In this document: in pieces, positions 36,568 to 49,500 of the stretch | Layout: every line of letters starts with the position of its first letter | How positions within the stretch are numbered: position 1 is the stretch's first letter | Assembly: GCA_048213135.1 (NCBI GenBank) | Contig: PS015088.1 | Coordinates: 64,180 to 128,179 of the forward strand | Length of the DNA: 64,000 nucleotides | DNA from: Reclinomonas americana ATCC 50394 | Taxonomy: Eukaryota | Reading direction: 5' to 3' | The notes under the pieces: generated by a model | Databases searched by the model: none | What the model was told of the DNA's origin: nothing | The model's input: the letters and a program-made list of their open reading frames with translations, nothing else | Program-made: the position numbers and the translations under genes

Positions 36568-39277
36568 ATGAGCATCCGCAGCCTCCTCCACTACCTCTGG
36601 TTTCTCCTCGACTTTCTCCTCTTCGGTGCATCCATTCCCACCCTCCCTCTCATCCTCCCCCACCATCTCACACCCCCTCCTCTCTCTCTCCCCGCAGTCA
36701 TCAAGCTGGCACTATTCACCGGCCTCCCATCTCTCCTCAAACAACTCCGTCGCGGCAAACGCACACAGCTCAAGTCCGTCACTCCCCTCTCCTCTCTCCT
36801 CACTCTTTCTCCCATCTCATTACCCACATTCACAGATGTGATCCGATCTATCAAGGCGCCTGTGCCATTGTCACCGGCGGTGCTGGCGGCATTGGCTGTT
36901 TCGTCATAAGACCAGCCACGCATACATTCTCTACACTCACTCAACCAATCATGCACAGGCGAAACGAGTTGCGCACTGGCCAAGCTCGGATTGCAAGTGA
37001 TTATCGGTCCGCTGTCGATCGCCTCCTACACGTGCTTGGTGGTGGCAGAGGAGTCTCACCTCTTCTTCTTCTCCCGCGCAGCGTGTCGCAATGTGGAGGC
37101 TGGACAGGCGGTCGCTGCACGCATCCGCGAGGAGACTCCGCAGGCGCAGGTCCGAGTCATGCACCTCAATCTGCTGTCGCTGCGCAGTGTCAATCGTTTT
37201 GCCGATGAGGTTTGATGTCTGCTCCATCTCCACCGTGTGCTTCTTCTTGTGCTGATATCGCGCTCTTCGACAAGATAATTCGCAGTCAGCTGCCTGTGCG
37301 CATTCTCATCAACAACGCAGGTGAGTTGTCTCGCTCCATTTCTCCGTCAGTTTCCTTCTTTTCGTGTCTTCTTCACCTTTCCATCGCTCTATTTTTCTCG
37401 CCTTCTTTCCATTCTCTCTCTCTCTCTCTCTCTTGGTCTTTTTTCTACGTCTGTCTCATCCGTCTCTCCCTGCCAATCTCTCTCCTTTGCTCGTCTTATC
37501 CATCGTCTCTCTCTGCTCTGCCTCCTTTTCTCCATCTGCTTTACCCCTCGCCTCTCTCTCTCTCTTGCTCCCTTTATCTTGCTCCCCTGTCTCTGTCTTG
37601 TATTTTCTCCGCCTCACCATTCTCTCTTCTGTTTATCTCTCTGTTGCTCCGTCTCTGTATTCACTCTCCTGTTTCTCTTGTCTTCCGCTGCCTATATTAT
37701 TCTCTGCGTTTTCCTCCGCCACACTTGTCTCTTCCTTGTTCACCCTTGTCTCTTCCTTTTCTCTCTCCCCTCCCTTTCTGTCTCTCGCTCACACCCTTCT
37801 CTCACCTGTTTCTCTCTCTCTCACTCGCTTCTGGATCTCTTTCTCTGTCTGTCTTTGCTTCCTTGCCATCTCTTCCACTGCATCTCTCCCCTTTTCTTCC
37901 TGTTTCTTCGTCCTTTCCTTTCTTTCGTTCCCTTCTCTTTTGTGCTTGTCATCTCATGTCCTTTCTGTTTCTCTCTCTCTCTTTCGTTCCTCTCTCTCTC
38001 TCTCGCTTCTGGATCTCTTTCTCTGTCTGTCTTTGCTTCCTTGCCATCTCTTCCACTGCATCTTTCCCTTTTCTTCTTGTTTCTGCGTCCTTTCCTTTCT
38101 TTCGTCCCCTTCTCTTTTGTGCTTGTCATCTCATGTCCTTTCTCTCTCTCTCTCTCTTTCGTCCCTCTCCCTCACCTCCTTCCCTTGAATTCCCTCTCAC
38201 AGGCATCATGGCCCACCCCTACCAACTCACTGAGGACGGCTTCGAATCACAAATGGGCACCAACCACCTCGCCCACTTCCACCTCACCAACCGTCTGCTC
38301 CCCGTACTCACGGCGAACGCCCCGTCGCGCGTCATTAGCGTCAGCAGCGTTGCGCATTTCCAGGGCGCGCTGCTGGCCGACGACTCACGCGTCTTGTCGC
38401 CCACCGCCAAGTCATGTTGCGCCCGACAGCGTGGTGAGAATGAAGGCGAGAGGTTGCTGCTCACACTCTCGCCGCCACAGATAACCGGTGGAAGGCGTAC
38501 TGCGACAGCAAGATGGCCAATGTGCTGTTCACGTTTGCGCTGAATCGCCGCTATAAGGATCAGGGTGTCACGGCGGATGTGTTGCATCCGGGCATGTGAG
38601 TGGTGGTGGCGGCGGTGGGGGGAGCGGGCGGGTGGGGGGAATCGAAGCCTCAGTGACCCATGCCATCTTCTTTTACTGTCGCTTGGCTGTTCTCTTCGTT
38701 CTCATCGCGACTCTTCGTGCTCCCATATCTGGTCTTCGACGCCTTGCTCTGCTTCTTGGTCATTTCGTCATGCGACTCGTGACCTGCCTTGTGTCTCTTA
38801 CTCCATCTTGCTTGTCATTCGGGAGTTGTCAGTCTCCTCGCTCAACTTTATCTCATGCTGACCATTGCATCACTCGGCACAAGGACTTCCTCCTCGCACT
38901 CTTCGTTCTTTCTTTCTCTCTCTCTCTCGCCGCCTCTCCAACCAGGTGCTTTTTGCCCCTCATCCCTCTGGCCTTCCATTCGAGGCTTGTCAGTCGCCTT
39001 GAACCCAGGTTGTTCACTTTGTTGCCTCCATCCTAAACGCTGACCACTCCATCACCTGCCTTCACTTTACTCAATCCCCCCAACTTTATGACTCGCTGCC
39101 TATCCCTTCAGCCAATTCTTCCTTTCTTTCTCTCTCTCTCNNNNNNNNNNNNNNNNNNNNNCGTACGTACGTTACGTACGTCGTCTCTCTCTCTACTACT
39201 ACACTACACCTACCTCCTCTCTCTCTACTACTACTACCTACCTACCTACTACTCTCTCTCTCTCTCTCTCTCTCTCT

Positions 39278-39337
<60 letters not shown>

Positions 39338-40021
39338 ACACTGCTTCTTGCCCCTCTTTTCTCCCAGACCTTGCATCTCCGACTCGCAGTCACTTTCTGT
39401 TGAGAGGGTGCTCTTTTGGCGCTTCTCGGTGCATCGCGACCTTTCTGTATCCTTCGACGGCACAAGGACTTTCCTTCGTCACTCAATTCCCCGACTTCCC
39501 TGCTCGCATGCACTCACCCTTGCCTGTGCCATCGTCGAGCCACGACGGCAGTGTGTGCTTCTGGGAGCCCACATTGCTTCGCAACGTGTTCATGACTCTC
39601 AGGCTCTGTCCCTCAAACCGCTGCACTCGCTCTCTCTCTCTCTCTCTCTTGTTTTCATTCTCACCCTGTCTATTATTCTCACTCTCCCTTAAAAGCTACT
39701 GCTTTCTTTCTCACTCCGTGACCCATCTGTCTTCCCCCTCGACCCCTTCTCCCCCCTTTGCGCAGCATCAACTCCAACCTCGCCGTCCACATCAACCCCC
39801 TCGCCAAACCCGTCATGCGCATCATGTGCATTGACGCCTCCGAGGGCTCCGACTGCTCCGTGTTCTGCGCCGTGCACCCCGACGCCGTGCACCGCGGCGG
39901 CGGCGAGTACTACGAGCACTGCCGTGTTGCGCAGCCCAACCCACTCACCGAGCGGCGCGATTTGCAAGACCGCCTGTGGGCCGAGAGCGAAAAGGCGGTG
40001 GCAAAGGCACTTGGCCACTGA
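36568..40021 (+). CDS. Short-chain dehydrogenase/reductase (RDH11-14/WWOX-like)
   Basis: Hydrophobic N-terminus MSIRSLLHYLWFLLDFLLF; AIVTGGAGGIG (TGxxxGxG); ACRN; ILINNA|GIM; TEDGFESQMGTNHLAHF; VSSVAH; catalytic YCDSK; HPG; RLWAESEK; stop 40021. Confidence 0.92.
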
Positions 40022-40117
40022 ATAAAACCCAAATGTTGTTGACGAACAGATTGGGAGAGAGAGACGACTGCATTTTCTCAAACGCCTCATTCAACAACCA
40101 CAACTACCACCAAGAGC

Positions 40118-41249
40118 TCATGCCGAGGCGCCAAACTGGCCACACGCTCGCACAAACGCCTCCTCCTTGGCTGTGTAATCGCGCACCCACTGGTGATTCG
40201 GCACGGAGCTCTTCAGTTGTCTGCGCGCGGGAAGGGATGAGGAAGGCGAAGAGAGAGACGGGCGAGGGAGAGGAGATATGTACGCAACGCGACGTAGCGG
40301 CCAATCAATTCCTGCGGTTTTTGCAAGTGCTGCGCGCACACGGCCAGGTTGATCAGCGTTTCGGGATCGCTTGAACGCTGTGCGTACACAAGAAAGAGAG
40401 TGAGTGAGTGCCGCTCTTCGCTAGTCATCCCTTTCATCGAGATACGGACCTTGTTGAGTGCCTCCATCAGAATCTTCTCCGCCTCGGCATACTCGCCCTG
40501 TGCCATCTTGCTGAGCGCCATGCCGTTGAGCAGCAGCACCGTTTGGCCGTGCTTCTGCGCCAGCTCCTCGTACATGGAGTGCGCCTCGGAGGCGGCCTGC
40601 GAGCCGCCCTTGGCAAGAAGGATCTGCGAGAGGAGAAGGGGGTGAGGGGGGAAAAGGGGGAAGGGGGGAAGGGGGGATAAGGGGAGGGGAAAGGGAGAGG
40701 CATACAAATGCGCACCAGTACATCCACTCTCATTCTCATCAACATATACACACTCCATATCTCACGCGCGTCGTCACTCACTCTCGCTCTCTTGCACACA
40801 GGTAGACGTGCGCTCTCACTGCCTCACACGCACCCAATGGCACTCCCACACACACGCCATTGCTGAATCTCGAGGCGCCATAGTCGATTGCCCAGTCGCT
40901 GCCTTTCTTTCTTTCTTTCTCTCGATCTATCACTCCCACGTCCACGCACACACGTAGACGTGCGCTCTCGCTCTCACACACGCGCCTTCACTCCCATCAA
41001 CACATGCACTCACTGGCACTCCATAACACACACCATCTTTGACTGTGGAGTCGCCTTTCCACGCCAAGGTGCTGCCGTTCTCTCAGTCTCTCTATCTATC
41101 ACTCTCGCTCTCACGCAGACACGTAGTCGTACGCTCTCACACGCGCTTTCACACACGCGTCAACACACGCACTCACTGGCATTCCCGCACACACCCCATC
41201 ATTGACTCTTGAGGCGCCTTGGTCAACACCAGGGAGACTTCAGCATCGC

Positions 41250-41295
<46 letters not shown>

Positions 41296-41377
41296 GGCCA
41301 ATGCTGACTCAAGAGACCGCTAAAGGCGTCGCCCGGTCGTTGACTTTCTCGATATCTCTCTCACACACCCGTCCACC

Positions 41378-41415
<38 letters not shown>

Positions 41416-41850
41416 GTACCGTACTACTCCGTCCGTCGGTACCGTACGACGACGCGTCGTTCGTTTCGGTCGTCGTTCCGTCGGTCGACTACTCGTCCGT
41501 TANNNNNNNNNNNNNNNNNNNNNNNNNNNNNNNNNNNNNNNNNNNNNNNNNNNNNNNNNNNNNNNNNNNNNNNNNNNNNNNNNNNNNNNNNNNNNNNNNN
41601 NNNNNNNNNNNNNNNNNNNNNNNNNNNNNNNNNNNNNNNNNNNNNNNNNNNNNNNNNNNNNNNNNNNNNNNNNNNNNNNNNNNNNNNNNNNNNNNNNNNN
41701 NNNNNNNNNNNNNNNNNNNNNNNNNNNNNNNNNNNNNNNNNNNNNNNNNNGACGTACGTACGTACGTACGTACGACGACGACCGACGTACGTACGTACGT
41801 CGTCCGTCGTCGTTCTCTACTACTACTCTCTCTACCTACCTACCTCCACC

Positions 41851-41916
<66 letters not shown>

Positions 41917-41979
41917 GTGTGTGTGTGTGCGTGTGTCACCTACAATGTAGACGTGCGCTCTCACGACGACTCACGCTAA

Positions 41980-42010
<31 letters not shown>

Positions 42011-42847
42011 AACGCACTCACTCGCACTAACACACGCCATCGTTGACTTGTGAGGCGCTGACGCTCAGGCAGCTTTCAGGTCGTGCCATTCTCTCCCCCT
42101 CTCTCACTCACATCAACGCACTCACTCGCACTAACACACGCCATGCTGACCATGGACGGCGTTAGGTGTCGCCTCTTCTCTCTCTCTCCCCCTCCCTCCT
42201 TCTCCCTGTCCGACTCAACTTGCGCTCCAACCAACTGCGACACCACCGAATCCTCGTCCAGCGTCTTCAGCACCTGCTCCGCCAAATCCACACGGTTCAT
42301 CCGCAGATACACCTCCGCCAGCAGCGCCGCCATCTCCGGCGTGTCTCGCGTGTGCAGGTACTTGATCGCCGTGTCAAAATCTTGCTCATGGATGCAAATG
42401 ATGCCCATCATGGTCGACACCACGGCACTTCGGCCGGGAGCGAACTCCTGTGGATCCGAGGGAAGTGAGGGAAGGGAGAGGGGAGGGAAAAGAGGGAGGG
42501 AAAAGAGGGAGGGAGGAGAGGGAGGGGCAAGAGGGAGGGACAAGAGAGAGGGAAGAGATAGGGGAAGAGAAAGAGAGAGAGAGTGTGTGTGTGAGAAAGG
42601 GAATGGAAAGTACATGCGACAAGCTGACTACAGCGCGAAAATCTCTGGAAACTACTGCTCAGCGGCGCCATCGCTGTGCGATGCAATCCTGTGACCTCTT
42701 GCACTATCTTGCAGAATTCAATCAGACTTTGTTGCGCAATGACCTCTCTCACTCGTTAAGAATCTCAGTGAGCTTAGCGATGCACGCTGCGCCTCTCGTT
42801 CCATCTCGCAGTTTTCGTTTAGTCTTGGCGGTGCGATATCCTTTTTT

Positions 42848-42888
<41 letters not shown>

Positions 42889-44661
42889 CTCTCTCTTCTT
42901 ACTACTACTCTCTCTTCTTCTCTCTCTCTCTACTACTACTACTACGTACGTACGTACGTACGTACGTCGTCGTCCTCCGTCCTCCGACCGACCGACCGAC
43001 GACCGANNNNNNNNNNNNNNNNNNNNNNNNNNNNNNNNNNNNNNNNNNNNNNNNNNNNNNNNNNNNNNNNNNNNNNNNNNNNNNNNNNNNNNNNNNNNNN
43101 NNNNNNNNNNNNNNNNNNNNNNNNNNNNNNNNNNNNNNNNNNNNNNNNNNNNNNNNNNNNNNNNNNNNNNNNNNNNNNNNNNNNNNNNNNNNNNNNNNNN
43201 NNNNNNNNNNNNNNNNNNNNNNNNNNNNNNNNNNNNNNNNNNNNNNNNNNNNNNNNNNNNNNNNNNNNNNNNNNNNNNNNNNNNNNNNNNNNNNNNNNNN
43301 NNNNNNNNNNNNNNNNNNNNNNNNNNNNNNNNNNNNNNNNNNNNNNNNNNNNNNNNNNNNNNNNNNNNNNNNNNNNNNNNNNNNNNNNNNNNNNNNNNNN
43401 NNNNNNNNNNNNNNNNNNNNNNNNNNNNNNNNNNNNNNNNNNNNNNNNNNNNNNNNNNNNNNNNNNNNNNNNNNNNNNNNNNNNNNNNNNNNNNNNNNNN
43501 NNNNNNNNNNNNNGGGAGGGAGGGAGGGAGGGAGAGAGAAGCAAAGGGGAGGGAAAGAGAAGCAAAGGGAGAGAGAGAAGCAAAGGGAGGGAGGGGATGG
43601 GAACAGCAAAATGAGAGAGAAAGACCTCAGAGGGGACAGAAATGAGAGTGACTGCACCAACGCATCTCTCAACTTAGACAACATACAAGTACACATGCAC
43701 ACACATACCCATGCGTGTATGCGAGCGACACAGAGACAAGAAAGGGACATCATCCAGGAGAGCGCAAATTGGTTGACACGCGTCACACACACAAACGCAC
43801 ACACACACAACAACAACACTCTCCACACATACACATGATCAGCCACACACACACACAACAAGCAAGGAAACGACTGCGAAAGACTCAGAAACGCAATCGC
43901 GCGCGCAATTTCTCTCTCACACACATGCACTCTCTCTCTCTCTCTCGTGTTGCACATGTGCAGGCATGTGCATGCAGACATGACAATGACAGTGTGCGTG
44001 TGTGTGAGAGAGGAGAGGAGAGAGAGAGACGGTGTCTGTGCGTGCGTGCGTGCGTGTGTGTGTGCGAGTGTGAGAGAAAGGCAGAGTAACTCTCTTCTCT
44101 CTCCACACTCTCTCACACTCACTCACACTCACTGTGCAAGTGCGCAGGCAACCTGTGACACAGTGCATGTGCATGTGCGTGAGAGAGAGGGAGACAGAGA
44201 GACAGAGACAGACAGTGCCAGAGAGCGCGTTTCTTACCTCTCTCCTCTCTCATGCATACTCTCTCTCTCTCACACACACACTCTCCCTCTCTCACACACA
44301 CGCACCGTCTCATAGCGTACCACAGCGCAGAGCGAGAGAGTCACTCTTATCTCCTCACTCCCTACCCCTTCCCCTCCCTTCCCCCTTCTCCCCCTTCTCC
44401 CTTCTCCCCCTTCTCCCTTCCTTCCCCCTTCCCCTCCCTCCTCCTTCTCCTTCTCCCCCCACCGACCTCCCCCAACACCAAATCCAGCTGCCCGAGGCCC
44501 ACATGCGAGCGGAAGACCAGCACCGAGGCCGCCGACTCACCGCCCGCCGAGGGCGAGGCGGGAGTGCTGCTGGGCAGTGAGAGCGCGTCGTTGAGCGCCT
44601 GCGAGAAGTTGCCCACGAGAAGCTCTTCGAGAACTTCTTGAAACTCGGCGCGGTGTGTCAT
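40118..44661 (-). CDS. COPE: Coatomer subunit epsilon (COPI)
   Basis: Exons MTHRAEFQEVLEELLVGNFSQALNDA...FRSHVGLGQLDLVLGE; YLRMNRVDLAEQVLKTLDEDSVVSQL; LAKGG...YEELAQKHGQTVLLLNGMA...EAEKILMEALNK; DPETLINL; QLKSSVPNHQWVRDYTAKEEAF, stop 40118. A middle exon probably lies in the 43007-43513 gap. Confidence 0.88.
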
Positions 44662-45202
44662 CTCTCTGCTGGTGAAGGGAAGATTGATGGAGCGGGACAC
44701 AGGCGACTTCGCTTCCGTGTGTCGCTCGCTCGCTCTCTGCTGCAGATGCTGTACTGTGTAGTTATACGCCTTACTCAACTGTGCATGCTTGCTTTGAGCG
44801 GCTTCGTGAGACTTGTCTCTATAATTCGATATCAGTATCGATATCGCGAATTATAGTGTTTCACTTTCTTTCCTGTTGAAAACCGATGGGTTGAAAAGAG
44901 GTTGCCCACGAGAAGCTGTTCAAGAACTTCTTGGAACTCGGCGCGGTGTGCAATTGCTCTGCAGATGAAGGGAATATTGATGGAGCGGGACAGGCGACTT
45001 CGCTGTTGTGTGTCACTCTCTTGCTCTCTGCTGCAGATGCTGTGCGGTGTAGTTATACGCCTTGCTTTACTGTGCATGCTTGCTTTGAGCAACTTCGTGA
45101 GAGTTATCTTTGATAATTCGATATCAGTATCGCGAATTCGAAATGCACGCTTCTGTCTCGTTTTTCACTTACTTTCCTGTTGAGAACCGATGGCTTGAAG
45201 AG
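44608..45202. repeat. 293-bp tandem duplication of the COPE 5' end and upstream region; the distal copy lacks the ATG
   Basis: gttgcccacgagaagct...ttcctgttga(a/g)aaccgatgg starts at 44608 and 44901. The distal copy reads ATT GCA CAC CGC where the gene reads ATG ACA CAC CGC. Confidence 0.88.
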
Positions 45203-46584
45203 AAACCAAGTGAACGCGTTACCTCCCGTCATTGTGTTTTCTCTGATCATTCACTGTTGATCATGAAAACGACGAAGACTAAAAAACGGATTCGTGTATT
45301 TTTAGCATTTTCGTACAACTCTCTCTCTTCCTCCCTCTCCTCTCTCCCTCCCTCTCCCTCCCTCTCTCCCTCCCTCTGTGCGCCTCGGCTTCACCTCAGT
45401 GCTCCCAGTGAGTCGAGACGTCTGTGCTCAACACGACGCCACAGTCGGCGCACTGCAGCCTGTTCCAGTTGCACGCGACGCCATACGATGTGTGCCAGTG
45501 ACTGGTCTTGTGTGCACACACGGCCTTCTCTGCCTCTCCATCGTCTGTGCGAGCAGCAGGCCTCTTGTTGACTCCGTGATCACCGTGAGCGGGAGAGCCC
45601 GTGTCGGAGGCCATGCGAGGCAAATGATGCGTGTCTGCCTCTTGACGTGCTGATTCGTCTATCCTCCTCTCTGCGGCGACGATGGAGTTGGCGGTGGGGC
45701 GTTGCACGACCTTGGAGCAGTGCGGGCACATTTCGAATTCGAGTCGGGCGCGGAAGGGCACCTGTATGTGGTGTTGTGGTGAGCTGCGGCTCTGAGCAGC
45801 AGGGCGTGGCGCGGGATGCGTACCATGGTGTGGCAGGAGTTGCACGGGAAGGCCTCTCTTCTCTCCGCCGCCATTTGCTGATTAGATTACGATCAGATTG
45901 GATGATTGTGAACGAGTGCGGTTACTGTCCTCGTGAGTCCTTCTTCCGCCACCGGCGCCTGCTTGTGAGCTGCTTCGCTAGAGCGGTGCATCTGTTGCTG
46001 GCGCTCGTATTGATCTCGACCGCGTTTGATACACCTCCCCGGCACCCGCAGAGCCAATTGCCTGGCGCGCAGAATCGTGTGCGGCACTGTTCTGCTGCGT
46101 TGTTCCAGGAGCCAGCTTGGTCTGGCAGTAGCGAAGGGGGTGGCGATCCACGCCCACAATCGACAAGTACACGAGATGAGGCGGAGGAGGGCCTGCCGTC
46201 TTCTCAAGTGCGTCACTGAGACCTTCACATCCGTGGAGAAGCCGCGCGATTGGAAGCCAAGTACCGCAGCTTGTCTTTTCTTCTGCAAGTCATTCGCACG
46301 CTTATGTTTCCGCCCTCCCCCTCTCCCCCAGCTTTCCCCTCTGGCGCTTCAATGCTCTGGCACGGATACATTGCCCTTCCCTTCGCCCTCTCCCCGCTTT
46401 CCCCTCTTCCTCACCAGTGGGTATTGGTGCTTTAAAATGCTCGGCACGCATATATTTCCCTTCCCTGCGCCCTCCCCCTCTCCCCCAGCACCAATGGGTA
46501 TTGGTGCTTTAAAATGCTCGGCACGCATACATTGCCCTTCTCTTCACCCTCACCCTCTCTCCCCTCCTCTCCTCCCTTCCCCCT

Positions 46585-49500
46585 TCAAGTCGAAAACGCC
46601 TTGTTCAACTGCTTCTCCAACGTCTTGCGCATACCCGCATTGAAGACACTGCTGGGGAAGTTGTCCTCGTTCGTCGAATCCTCACGCCACGCCTCGCACA
46701 AACTCTGCATCCGCACGACGGATTCAGGCAAGCTCTCAATTGCAACACCTCCCTCATTTCCACGCTGCCCTCACCTCCGCATCATAGATTCCCTTGCTGC
46801 GCAGATGCTGAGCCACTTGCGCGCACGTCTCCGGCTCCCACAAGTGCTGCAGGTACTGGCGAAGGAAATCTGCAAGCACACGAAAGGTCAGTACTGTTAC
46901 TTCCTCTTCTTCTCTTCCGCGTCCATCTTTTCTTCTCCTCTGTCTCCTTCATCTTCTCCTTGTTCCTTTTCTTCTCTTCCACGTCCGCCTTTTCTTCTCC
47001 TCTGTCTCCTTCATCTTCTCCTTGTTCCTTTTCTTCTTTTCCTTCTGCTTCATCTCCTTCTTCCTCTTCTTCTTCTACTTCTCCTTCTCCTTCTCCTCCT
47101 TCTCCTCCTCCCTTTTTCTGTTCTTTATTTTCTTCTTCTTCTTCTCCTTCTCCTCCTTCTCCACCTCCTCCTCCTCCTCCTCCTCTTTTTCTTCTTCTCC
47201 TCCTTCCCCTCTTTCCCCTCCTTCCCCTCCTCCCCCTCCGGATCCCCTTCTCCTCTTCCGCCTTCTCCTCTTCCCCCCTCCTCCTTCTCCTCGCCACTCA
47301 CCCGCCACCGGCACATCACCCGGCCCATTGGGATTCACCCACGCACTGACTGGCTGCGGCACCGGCACCGCAGATCCACTCCCAGAGGCCACAGACTGCG
47401 GAGAGATCACAGCGCTGGTGCTGTGGGCGCTCGAGCTGAGCGGCGAGTGTCCACTGTCATGCTCGACTTCCGAGCCGGCGGCGTAGGCTTGCTCCAGAGT
47501 CGGGAAGCGACCACTGGAGCCGAGAGCGGCGGGATTCTCTTCCATCTGCTCGGCCAGCGTCTCGAGGTTGTTGAGTGCGAGGAGGTAGGCTTCGTGAATG
47601 GCACGCAGCACCGACACCTCCACGTCGAGGTCTTGGAGTCGCTCGTCGCGGTACGTGCGGATGAAACGCACGCGCTGCACACCGTAGCCACCGTCACCCG
47701 ATGCGCACATGCGGTCGCGCATGGCAATGGTGTCGGCGTGCGCCTCGGCCAGCAACGCATTGCCGGTAAACTCGCCGCCCAGCAGGTCGACCTTGGAGAC
47801 GAGAATCATCGTTGGGATGCCATCTACAAGAAAGTGAGTGGTGAGACGATGCGCTGAACAGAACACTTCGCAGTCGACGAACCAGGTGGCAGAGCATCGC
47901 GGGCACGCGAGATAAAGGTCAGCATCTTCTCGCGGGTGGCACCGTTGCCGACATTGTCGGCCGGGATGATGAGCAGCAGGCAGTGCACCTGCATTGACAC
48001 AATGTAAGTCAACCCCAAACCTGAATGAACAGTCGGCAGAAGAGTGACATAGGGAAAGAGAACAAGAGGGTGGCTGCTGAACGCTGTGAATTCGCCTGTC
48101 GCACAAGTCTCACCTCGTCACAAACAGTTGGGTTGGGATTGAAGCACGTCGGGTCTTCGCGGCCCATGCGGCGGAAGTCCCAACCGGCTTTGGCCTTGCC
48201 TTGCACAATGTACGCAAGCTCGTCTGCACAGCACTCTGTCAACATCACAAATTGCTTCCACTTCGAGAACACAGATGGGTCTCACCGCGCTCATACAGTC
48301 CCTTTTGCCAGCCCATCATGTCCAAGAACGCCAAGTGCTGGAACCGAGGGTCGCGCAGCGCCTTGTGCACCATCAGTCGCTGCGTCAGGCTCGTGGAGGA
48401 GTCACCGGAGCAAGCCACACGTTCGCCCTGTGATGTTGTAGACCGCGAGATGAGAACGAGCTCTTACGATGCCTCTCGGGCACCAATCTCACCGGCGAGT
48501 TCAGCCCAATGCTCTTCAGGGTGTTCAGCAGCGACGTTTTGCCGGCCTTGACCTCGCCGGCCACCAAGAAATTGATGCGCAGCTTGGGGCCAAACACCTG
48601 GCGCAGATACTCCAGGCGCGTGGTGTTGGCCAGCTTTTGCAGCAGTTGCTCACGTCTGCCACGATAGGGAAGTCAGCAGACAATGAAACACAACTCACGG
48701 GTGACATACTCAACTCGTCCACTAGTCCTCCACCGGGCGCCTCGTGCTGCGCCTGTAGCAGAATGCGAGCTGCAACCTCCTTGTGGCGGCGCTGCAGCTC
48801 CTCAGCTACAGCATCGGCAATGGGCTGTTGGATGGCATCCGGGAGAGTGTCGTCCAGAGCGGCGGACAGTGCGGCAGGCAGGTCTCGCTGCACGGCCTGC
48901 GGCAATGCGCGTGCAAGGCCGTCGGCAAGTTGTCGCTGCATCGCCGGCGGCAGCTTCTGGTCTACGAGGCCATTGATCGTGTTGGGCAGCAGCTCGTTCA
49001 GCACCGGCGGCAGTGCCGCGGGCAGCGCTGCGGGGAGCACAGATTTGATGGCCTCCGGCAGGATGGTGCGCAGGGCGTCGGGGAGAACGCGATGCACAAT
49101 CTCATCCACCCGCTCGCCGAGTCGCTCCTCCAAGAAGCGCTCGAACGCACCAATGTCGACCGTGGTGTCTGCAGACGCGGAAACGGATCAGTGTTTTGAC
49201 ACGAGAAGCTGCATACGAAGAGATTTACCGATGATCTCGTGCACCTCCAGTTCCGTCCAGGCCATGTTTGCGTTGCCGCCCAGCATCCAGTACTCATTCA
49301 AACCCTGTGGGCTGTATGTTCCGCCAACATTGCTGCACGAGGGGAGTAGAGACACGTTAACAAGGATGGACAGCATGGTCCAAGTAAGTGAGACACTCAC
49401 ACGTAGACGTTGTTGTTGCTGTTGAAGTACAAATCCTACAAACATGCGACAGCATGCGCAAGGTGAGAATTTCTCCTGCTGACTGCAAACGCACGAGCTG

